A stretch of 64,000 bases of DNA from Eledone cirrhosa (lineage: Eukaryota): contig OZ024741.1 in the NCBI GenBank assembly GCA_964016885.1, positions 18,290,001 through 18,354,000 of the forward strand. The letters are read 5' to 3'. A program made the translations under genes and the position numbers. The stretch's first letter is position 1; every line of letters starts with the position of its first letter. This document shows positions 53,791 to 64,000 of the stretch, in pieces. The notes below the pieces were generated by a model. The model had not been told where the DNA came from and made no database searches. It saw only the letters and a list, made by a program, of their open reading frames with translations.

Positions 53791-53907
53791 CACATAGCTT
53801 ACATTTGTTTCACTGAACTGGTCTGTCTAGAGATCGCTATCCGCCTAATTTTGCGTCATTCGATCGCCAATACAGAATTATAACCAGTCAGATCTTCGGA
53901 GCATGCG
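53791..53907 (-). ncRNA. Extended-stem-II hammerhead (mutated core) in the 3' pseudo-LTR of the second Penelope-like element
   Basis: CGCATGCT-CCGAAGA-..TGACTGGT...ACCAGTTCA..-GAAA-CAAATG-TA-AGCTATGTG. Confidence 0.65.
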
Positions 53908-54262
53908 AGAATGAAGAAAATACACAGGCAAGAAAAGAAAAGAAAATATGGAGTAGTTATGGCATTCAATTAGAACAATAACAACAACAATTATTACAAC
54001 AATGCTATCAATAAACTATTTAAGGAGACCCTGACATTACTTAGGTGGGGGGTATATAATGTATCTAATGTTACGGCGTGAAAATAGCTGTCATAAGGCA
54101 AAAAGTATCGTAGTGTGTATCAATTTTAAATTATAAAGATAAGCTAGTTTTTACAGTCTTTCTCTTCATCTTCAACAGTATACATGAGTGGGACCACTGT
54201 CAAAGCTCAATAGTTGTAGAGTTAATACAGAGGTTAACGAATTAATATACGCATATATCTAT

Positions 54263-54347
<85 letters not shown>

Positions 54348-54655
54348 AATATATAGACACATACATACACATCAATATACACTCGTACAAAAATATACAT
54401 ACATGCAAAGAGAAAAGCGTGCTAATTGTAGTTATGGCAAAAAGAAGGTAAAGTAACATTGTAGTAGTGAAATGAGAGAAACTAGGATCTAGGATCAAAT
54501 AATTGCAGCAGCTGAGAAGGAGTAAGTTTGTTGGTAGATGAGGTATTTACAGACTATTGTGTGGTATAGACTTGTGAAGGAAATAGTATACTTAATGAAT
54601 ATATTTCTGTGGGTAGTAGGTATCCTAATTTAAAGCTATGTTATGTTGGTTCGAT

Positions 54656-55720
54656 TCACGGAGGTTTGAATCTTATGAATTTAGTGGCTATTCTATGTCT
54701 GCAGAAGATAGATCTTTCTAACTTATTATTAAGTAGCCTTTTAACATTTCTAAGGATATACAATAGCTCAAGATCACACAGCCCGCAATAGGACATCCCT
54801 GTACTATAGGTTTTAGCAGCCGACAACTTCGACCAGTTGATAGTGTAGCTAGCGTTGCTGTCCTTCAATTCCCATATTTTTCTGGCGAGAGTGGTGGAAC
54901 CCATAAGTGCTCGATTTTTCATTGAGTGCCTGTGCACATACCATCTTTTCTTAAAAGAACCCGCGGTGGATCCTATGTAATTCCAGGTGGAGTTACCCGA
55001 GATGACAGTGCACATGTACACCAGGCTCGAATCGAGACATCTATTCGCCAATGGGCACCTATCTGGGAGGTGACAGTTGCAGTTTGAGGCGCTATTATGT
55101 GCAGCTTTTACATTCCTATTTAGTACCCTGTTATAAGTGGGTTGTGATATATGCCCCATGGGGTTTTGCTGCTGCGCGTTTGTATGCGCTTGTGGTTGTG
55201 ATGTTGTGATGAGTTTGTGCTTATGTATAGGTGCAATTGATTTACTTGAGATATTTCTGTGGTTGATCTTACGTATGTGTGATTCTATGTTAGCTGCTGT
55301 TGAGAAAGAGAGTTTAATAGTAGATCTATTGAGTAATTTGTGATATCTATGCGAGATAGGGAAGTGTTTATCTATTAGTTTAAAGAATATAGAGGGCAGT
55401 CTAGTTTTTATAGAGGAGTTGAATATTGGGTTGAACCATAGGTATTTTCTTTGTCTGTTTCTTCTATTGTTTCTAGGGTTTACGTTATTAGTGTTTTGGC
55501 CGTTTACTCTAGGTGTTACATGTCTAACCCTATGTCTAGTCAAGCTATTCCTATTATTATGTGAGCGGTTGGAGTAGAAATTACTAGGATTGTTTATGTT
55601 GTCCTTATTCACTATATACTGTAGTTTATCTTTATGACCGGCCCTACTTAATGCTGCATTATAATAGTCAGCATGCTCGTTAAAGATTTCTAGGTTTGAG
55701 GATAGGCGGGATATTCGGAG
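54656..55720 (-). pseudogene. 3' half of a second Penelope-like (Naiad-like) ORF: RT thumb, linker, GIY-YIG; 5'-truncated
   Basis: RKYLWFNP, CNCHLPDRCPLANRC, LVYMC..YIGST..FKKRWYVH, CGLCDLE, CRH; frame open for about 350 codons. Confidence 0.9.
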
Positions 55721-55970
55721 CATGGCGTCCAAGCCTCTACCGATACTGCCAATTCACCGCCCTATATATATAATGGTTTCTAATTTAGGCACAAGGCCAA
55801 CAATTTGGGGGGAGGAGAAAGTCGATGAAATCAACCCCAGTGCATTACTGGTACTTTATTTTAACGGCCCCGTTAGGATGAAAGGCAAAGCTAACCTGAG
55901 CCCAGAACGTAAAGAGCCGTAACTCTATGCTACGAAGCATGGTGTCCAGCGTTCTACCAATACTGTCAAT
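55720..55970 (-). mobile_element. SINE head fragment (55720-55762) plus a fuller SINE (55775-55970), family of 26410-26626
   Basis: CTACCGATACTGCCAAT head; ACTGGTACTTTATTTTA..GGATGAAAGGCAAAG body. Confidence 0.7.
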
Positions 55971-56285
55971 TTACTAATAATAAATAATGCTCTACAAAAT
56001 AAGGATTTTAGCCTGTATAAAGCTGATTTATGGTATATGATTAAAATAAATTTGATTATATATATATTGTTATACTTTGGGAGGGTCATGCTACCAATAA
56101 AACACATGCACGTGTTGGTTTTTACATCAATTATTACAAACCTCTAGTTGTTTAGTTTAATAACCTGATGGTTGTTTATTTGTTTAATGGCAAAGCTCTT
56201 TCGTAACATATTCTGTGACCTCCTCAATAACTAACTTGTTATTTTGCGTCTCTTCTTTGTTCTGTCCTACACCATCTAATTTTTG

Positions 56286-56445
56286 TCATTTGTTATTTTA
56301 AGGCTCAATAATGAGTCTTGTTACTCTGGAGTTTCACCTGTTTAGCACAGGGTCATGAGATAAGAACTTATCTGATGACCCCGTGATAAACAGGCGAAAA
56401 TCCAGAGTAGCAAGACTCAATATTCAGCTTTAAAAAATGAGCTAT
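56286..56445. mobile_element. Inverted pair of hammerhead-bearing terminal fragments
   Basis: Plus copy 56367-56414 CTTAT-CTGATGA-C-CCCGT(GATAA)ACAGG-C-GAAA-ATCCAGAG-TA-GCAAG; mirror copy 56317-56364; 2-nt spacer. Confidence 0.75.
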
Positions 56446-57276
56446 TAAGTTAGACATGACCTGGGCCAATAGTGGCCGAAACCTATCAAAGTTATGAAAG
56501 TTATATGTGTGTGTGCATGTGTGTGTGCGTAGGCGGGGGAGGGGATTTGTGTGTTTGTGTGTGTGTGTGTGTCTGTGTGTGTGTGTGTGAGTGTGTGATA
56601 GTTTTAACATATCGGTTTTTGCCTCTCGTAAACTTACTGTATTTATTTATTTATTTATTATTTATTTTATGATTTCTTTAATTAACTGCATCAGTTGTTA
56701 GCTGTCGAGACACGCTTCCTGAGATTCGCCAACAATACACCTGATACCCCCCCCCCCTCCATCCATACACACGCACACATGTATTTCATGACTCGTACAC
56801 TGTTCATTTTCCTGACATTTGTACATTATTCTATGTACCTTTGATGAGTTGTAGTGCACCTGAGCACTGTACACAATAATTTCATTATTATTATATTATT
56901 ATTGGTGGCTGTAAGAAACGCTAAAGAGAGTGAGCCTAAACTGCTTACACATTAAAGGGGCTTGACCACATCCTGCTCATGACTCACGGATGTTGGGAGG
57001 CTTCTAACATGTTGTGCATATGATTTTATATGAGAGCTTTAGAATAAAACCTCTAAACCTTATCAAGTACTTCGTACTTAAAGAAAACGGAAATATATGT
57101 TTGAAGACTATCTCCTTACAAACAGATATCGTGCCCTCTCAAAGTTGACCACAGTGGGGTTTGAATACGGTGTTGTGAGTTCAAATCGCACCGAGACCCA
57201 ACTTTGCTTTCCTTCATTCGGAGTCGGTCGAAAAGTAAGGTACCAGTCCAGTACTAGGGCTCTCTCTCTATATATA

Positions 57277-57375
<99 letters not shown>

Positions 57376-57523
57376 CTGTGTGTGTGTGTGTGTGTGACTG
57401 TGTGTGTGTGTCCATCCCGGGTTCAATCGGTAACCACCATAAAGTACTCAATAATGGAGTATAAATGTTTAATATAGAAATGGCTTCTACAGGACTAGAA
57501 CCTGTAGAAGGCATATGTATATA

Positions 57524-57587
<64 letters not shown>

Positions 57588-57748
57588 ATGAATGTATATA
57601 CATAAATACATTCATATACATGCACACACATATATACTATATACAAAGAGAACCCCACTACTGTAGTAGGAGCTATATAATACAGGATGGAAACAGTTTG
57701 AAATTGGTTAGACCATAAAATTGTATCTGTATATATACTGAGTGGGAA

Positions 57749-57812
<64 letters not shown>

Positions 57813-57817
<5 letters not shown>

Positions 57818-58005
57818 AACCAGTAAGACCCCGACAGCTGAGCTCAAGCCGTTTCGACGGCTAATTCTAACAGCGAATTAGCCGTCGAAACGGCTTGAGC
57901 TCAGCTGTCGGGGTCTTACTGGTTCCTATTACCCACTCTACTACCTCAAGTATTGAGTACTTTGGTGCGTTATGGTCCACCTGGTTCCTTACCACATTTC
58001 CTTCG

Positions 58006-58008
<3 letters not shown>
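57813..58008. mobile_element. Fold-back short repeat, family of 21699-21885
   Basis: Perfect inverted arms of about 55 bp around TAACAGC; within (TA)n. Confidence 0.6.
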
Positions 58009-58069
<61 letters not shown>

Positions 58070-58366
58070 CTGCCCCTGTAGCTGTGAAAATTAGTTATGG
58101 ATTTCAGTCTGTAGCTTATAATATATGATATATACACATACTTATATCCATAGATATGTGTAAATGTATATATGTCTGTGTTTGTGTGTGTGTGTGCGTG
58201 TGTGTGAATTTTTGTGTAGATATTTATATCATATTCATATAATATTACCACACGCTTGTCACACTACATATATGTATGTATGTATATTTATATGTATGTA
58301 TGTATAAATATTTATATATATATATTTATATTTATAAATATATATATATTTATATTTATATATATA

Positions 58367-58438
<72 letters not shown>

Positions 58439-58609
58439 TATAAACATGAACGTATGTATATATATATGAATATATGTATGTATATGTGTATGTATACATA
58501 TATGTGTGTGCGAATGTACATTATACACATCCAGATATAATGTGTGAAAAACGATTAATTTGAGAAAAAAGGTTAACACCCAAACGATCTGGGTCCACAC
58601 CCTAGAAAT

Positions 58610-58824
58610 CACAACCACACACACACAGATACACACACACACACACACACACACAGATACACACACGCACACACACACAACCACACACACATAGATACAC
58701 ACAGATACACACACACACAGCCACACACACACAGTCACACACACACACATACACACACACACACAGCCACACACACGCGCACTGCCACACACACACACAC
58801 ATAGATACACACACACACACACAG

Positions 58825-58855
<31 letters not shown>

Positions 58856-58936
58856 GCCACACTCACTAACAGATAGATACAGAAAGATGCACACATAAAT
58901 AGGCATACATTCACATACACACACACTGTGACAGAT

Positions 58937-59001
<65 letters not shown>

Positions 59002-59385
59002 GCGAGAGAAAGATTGGGGAGAGAGGAGGGAGAGAGGAGGGAGAGAGGAAGAGAGATAGAGGAGAGAGAGAGTTCGAGGAGGGAGAGAGGAGTGAGAGGA
59101 GGGAGAGATAGAGCAGGGAAAAAGAGGAGGGAGAGAGAGAGGAGAGAGAGAGGAGAGAGAGAGAGGAGGGAGGGAGAGTGAGAGAGAGAATGAGAGAGGG
59201 AGGAGGGAGAGAGAGAGGAGGGAGAGGAGGGAGAGAGGAGGGAGAGAGAGGAGGGAGAGAGAGGAGGGAGAGAGAGGAGAGAGAGAGCAAGAGGAGGGAG
59301 AGAGAGAGGAGGGGGAGAGCGAGGAGGGAGAGAGCGAGAGGAGGGAGAGGGAGGGGAGGGAGGGAGAGGGAGAGAGGAGGGAGAG
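58610..59385. repeat. Compound (CA)n and GA-rich low-complexity tract
   Basis: Direct inspection. Confidence 0.9.
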
Positions 59386-59499
59386 TGCTGTGAATGTGGA
59401 ATATATATCTAAAACTGATAGACATAAATTATGTAGATCTGATAAAACATCGTGTGTGGGGACGGGGAGGGTCTTTTTTATGGGGGAGAGGGGTGTCTG

Positions 59500-59685
59500 T
59501 GTGTGTATATGTGTGTATAGGGGGTTGTCTTTGTGTGTGTATGTGTGTGTGTATAGGGGGTTGTCTTTGTGTGTGTATGTGTGTGTGTATAGGGGGTTGT
59601 CTTTGTGTGTGTATGTGTGTGTGTATAGGGGGTTGTCTTTGTGTGTGTATGTGTGTGTGTATAGGGGGTTGTCTTTGTGTGTGTC
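59500..59685. repeat. 36-bp minisatellite, 5 units
   Basis: ATAGGGGGTTGTCTTTGTGTGTGTATGTGTGTGTGT repeated. Confidence 0.9.
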
Positions 59686-59841
59686 TATCAGAGTTTCCCT
59701 TTGAGAGGTTTAATCTTTATGGATCCACCCATATATATATATATTATAAATATATTATATTATATAGATTGATAGATATAGATATAGATATATTTGTGTG
59801 TGTGTGTGTGTGTGATATGTATGAATGTATGTATGCGTGTG

Positions 59842-59898
<57 letters not shown>

Positions 59899-59906
<8 letters not shown>

Positions 59907-60489
59907 ATACTTGGGGAGGGTCATATTTGTGTAATATTGCCAGAATTAATAACAGAACACACTCACTGGTTGGTTGGGTTTCGCTTCTCGCTTCTGTGTC
60001 TTTTATATCGGTAAATACATACACAAGCACAATAACAACAAGCACAATAACAACAAGCACATAAACACACACTAGTCACCCATCACACAGCAAACAAAAC
60101 ACTATACACACACGCAAACGCATGCGCAAAGAAGACAAAATAAAATAAACAAACAAGCAAATAAATAAATAAATAAATATATAGACAGACTGAATAAAAA
60201 TGGCGTAGACATACAATACAACAGGAGGAAACGATAGCACCACTAACGATGTTGCAGATGTGCAACGAAAGATTTATGATAAACTATATATATGTGTTTG
60301 TGTCTATATTGTATCTGTATTATTTTTGACCGTCGGTCAGTCAATGGCAACATTGAAGACCGAGTAAGTTAGATTACCGATATAAAAGACACAGAAGCGA
60401 GAAGCGAAAACCAACCAAACAGTGAATGTGTTCTGTTATTAATTCTGGCAATATTACACAAATATGACCCTCCCCAAGTATAACAATAT
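59899..60489. repeat. About 115-bp inverted repeat pair (59899-60014 / 60374-60489), probable mobile-element end
   Basis: Near-identical peptide [19 protein letters not shown] on opposite strands; related terminus at about 56065. Confidence 0.7.
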
Positions 60490-60554
60490 TTGTTTCGACA
60501 CACGATTTCATATAAAAAAAACCTCGCAAAACTAATTCATCGCCGCTATATATA

Positions 60555-60720
60555 CATGGACACACTAGAAGAGGAAGACCAAGGTTAACGTATGTTGATG
60601 CCCTAAGGACAGACACTGGTCTGTTGGAGACGCAGGACATGGCAGCGATAATGAGGGACAGAGACCGCTGGAGAGAACTCGTCCATGGATCTCGGGAATT
60701 TTACCCGCCTTAGATAGATA
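60555..60720 (+). pseudogene. 3' end of RTE-clade LINE ORF2 with short (TAGA)n tail
   Basis: HGHTRRGRPRLTYVDALRTDTG..MRDRDRWRELV..* matches the RTE C-terminal GRP...DR..WR motif. Confidence 0.75.
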
Positions 60721-60949
60721 GAGAGATATATATAATATATATATATATATTAAAATAACAGATTAAAGTTTAAGCAAAGAATCGCTGCTTTCACCCTTAA
60801 CGGGATCTTCTGAAACTAACAAAGTCAATCTGTGAACGCAGAAGTGAATATTTCAAAAAACGTTGCAACCGGAGGAAGACAGGAAGACGATACTTTGGTT
60901 CGTGGAAACGTTCCTTGGCAAAGAACGGGAAAAAACGAATATAATGCGT

Positions 60950-61250
60950 AATTATTTGGAGCGGTGGATTGGCAGTATCGGTAGAGGATCGGACGCCATG
61001 CTTTCCAGCATAGTTACGTCCCTTTACGATCTGAGTTCAAATCCCGCCGAGGTTGACTTTGCCTTTCATCCTTACGGGGTCGATAAAATAAAGTACCAGT
61101 AATGCACTGGCTAATTGCTGGCCTTGTGCCTAAAGTAGAAACAATTATTTGGAGCGGTGAAATTTGTCGATAAAATAAAGTACCAGTAATGCACTGAGAT
61201 AATTGCTGGCCTTGTGCCAAAAAGTAGAAACAATTATTTGGAGCGGTGAA
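60950..61250 (+). mobile_element. tRNA-derived SINE with duplicated tail and target-site-duplication-like flanks
   Basis: A/B boxes; AATTATTTGGAGCGGTG at about 60950, 61143 and 61232. Confidence 0.75.
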
Positions 61251-61666
61251 AAACAATTACACGCAAAGACAAAACCACGTTTATGGTATAAAAGAAGTCG
61301 TAGACTAATGTTCTCTTAGGTGGTTCATGGAGACGTTCTCTGGCAATGAACGGAAAAAACGAAGATAATACGTCATTTGTGGAGCGGGGAAAACAATAGC
61401 ACGCAAAGACAAAACCACGTAAATGGTATAACTGAAGTCGTAGACTAAAATTCTAACTAGGAAACCGAATGATTCTCGGCTTCAGAGTTAAGAATAAAGT
61501 AAATAGAATACAGAGGTAATTGAAATGAAATAAATAGATACACGCATCGATATACGTACATACACAAGCATACGCGAAAACACTCGCTCTACGGTTCTTA
61601 TATATTTGATATATATTTATCCTTATCGAGCCCTCTTTGGATTTTAGCCTTCAAATTTATTATTAT

Positions 61667-61703
<37 letters not shown>

Positions 61704-61766
61704 TGTGTGTGTGTATCTATACGTTTGTATGAATACGTCTTTTCACACACTCACACGCGCACATTC

Positions 61767-61926
<160 letters not shown>

Positions 61927-62040
61927 ATACATGCATACTTGTGTATGCATGTATATATATATATATATATAAATATATATAAATGAGAGGTATAGAGATT
62001 GTTTTAGCAAGAAGCTAACGGCATTCTATAACATATATGC

Positions 62041-62097
<57 letters not shown>

Positions 62098-62230
62098 TGT
62101 GTGTGTTCACATACCTCAAATACCAGGTTTCAAAGACACATGAAGTTAATAAAGAGACGTCTTCGGGTAGAATGATAGTGAGAGAGAAAGAAAGACAGAG
62201 TAAAGTGAAGGAAAAGACAGAGGGAGCGAG

Positions 62231-62305
<75 letters not shown>

Positions 62306-62685
62306 GCAGAGACAATAATTATGTGGAGATAAAGAGATAATTGTTATGTAAAGACAAAGAGAGAGAGGCGGGGTGTGAGATATAATAATTATGTGAAGAC
62401 AGAGAGACAGGGGGAGTGTAGATATATTAGTTGTGTGAAGACAAAGAGAGACAAAGATTATAGTTATGTGAAGACAGAGAAGGAGAGAGGGGATGTGAGA
62501 TAATAGTTATCTGAAGACAGGGAGGAAGCGGTTTGAGAGATTAGAATTATGTGAAGATACAATGGGGTAAAAAAGAAATAGAAGTTATTTGAAGAAAAGG
62601 GGAGTGTGATAACAAGTATGTTAAGATATTGCTACTACCTTTACAAACACCATTAGAGCCACTATCTCCACCGACTTTGATTTAA

Positions 62686-64000
62686 TACTGTCCACATACC
62701 TGAGACAGTCCTGTTATAACTGGCTGTCACATTACAGTACTGTTACAATACCTGAGACACTCTTGTTATAACTGGCTGTCACATTACAGTACTGTTACCA
62801 TACCTGAGACAGTCTTGTTATAACTGGCTGTCACATTACAGTACTGTTCACATACGTGAGACAGTCTTGTTATAACTGGCTGTCACATTACAGTACTGTT
62901 CACATACCTGAGACAGTCTTGTTATAACTGGCTGTCACATTACAGTACTGTTCACATACCTGAGACAGTCTTGTTATAACTGGCTGTCACATTACAGTAC
63001 TGTTCACATACCTGAGACACTCTTGTTATAACTGGCTGTCACATTGCAGTACTGTTCACATACCTGAGACAGTCTTGTTATAATTGGCTGTCACATTACA
63101 GTACTGTTCACATACCTGAGACAGTCTTGTTATAACTGGCTGTCACATTACAGTACTGTCCACATAACTGAGACAGTCTTGTTATAACTGGCTGTCACAT
63201 TACAGTACTGTTACCATACCTGAGACAGTCTTGTTTTAACTGGCTGTCACATTACAGTACTGTCCACATACCTGAGACACTCTTGTTATAACTGGCTGTC
63301 ACATTACAGTACTGTTCACATACCTGAGACAGTCTTGTTATATCTGGCTGTCACATTACAGTACTGTCCACATACCTGAGACACTCTTGTTATAACTGGC
63401 TGTCACATTACAGTACTGTTCACATACCTGAGACAGTCTTGTTATAATTGGCTGTCAGATTACAGTACTGTCCACATACCTGAGACAGTCTTGTTATAAC
63501 TGGCTGTCACATTACAGTACTCTTCACATACCTGAGACAGTCTTGTTATAACTGGCTGTCACATTACAGTACTGTTACCATACCTGAGACAGTCTTGTTA
63601 TAATTGGCTGTCACATTACAGTACTGTCCACATAACTGAGACAGTCTTGTTATAACTGGCTGTCACATTACAGTACTGTCCACATACCTGAGACACTCTT
63701 GTTATAACTGGCTGTCACATTACAGTACTGTCCACATACCTGAGACAGTCTTGTTATATCTGGCTGTCACATTACAGTACTGTTCACATACCTGAGACAG
63801 TCTTGTTATAACTGGCTGTCACATTACAGTACTGTTCACATACCTGAGACAGTCTTGTTATAACTGGCTGTCACATTACAGTACTGTTCACATACCTGAG
63901 ACAGTCTTGTTATAATTGGCTGTCACATTACAGTACTGTCCACATACCTGAGACACTCTTGTTATAACTGGCTGTCACATTACAGTACTGTCCACATACC
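62686..64000. repeat. 52-bp minisatellite, about 25 units, running off the window end
   Basis: CACATACCTGAGACAGTCTTGTTATAACTGGCTGTCACATTACAGTACTGTY; period measured 62901 to 62953. Confidence 0.97.

Noticed and set aside
58370-59425. 351-aa Leu/Ser/Val/Cys ORF
   Set aside because: Spans (GA)n, (CA)n and (TA)n tracts only
62686-64000. CRISPR-like palindromic repeats
   Set aside because: Units are contiguous with no variable spacers

Overview
Eukaryotic, entirely repeat-derived DNA with no host gene detectable. The SINE types and the dense (TA)n/(CA)n/(GA)n tracts suggest a mollusc, probably an octopus-like cephalopod (inference). Layout: (1) 208-21583, a 21.4-kb G-rich 40-bp satellite with nested higher-order duplications (about 2.0 kb and 8.55 kb). 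(2) 21.6-33.7 kb and 51-62.6 kb, microsatellite-rich DNA with tRNA-derived SINEs, mariner and RTE remnants, two decayed Penelope-like elements (RT + GIY-YIG), and many short fold-back Penelope terminal fragments carrying more than ten hammerhead-ribozyme-like motifs, several with an unusually long stem II. (3) 33.9-51.0 kb, three apparently full-length Tx1/L1-clade non-LTR retrotransposons (families A, B, A), all on the minus strand, head-to-tail, each bounded on both sides by (GATA)n, consistent with a (TATC)n-targeting family. Both A copies have ATA, overlapping the ORF1 UAG stop, where B has the ORF2 ATG. (4) 62.7-64 kb, a palindrome-rich 52-bp minisatellite. All alignments and folds were done by eye.
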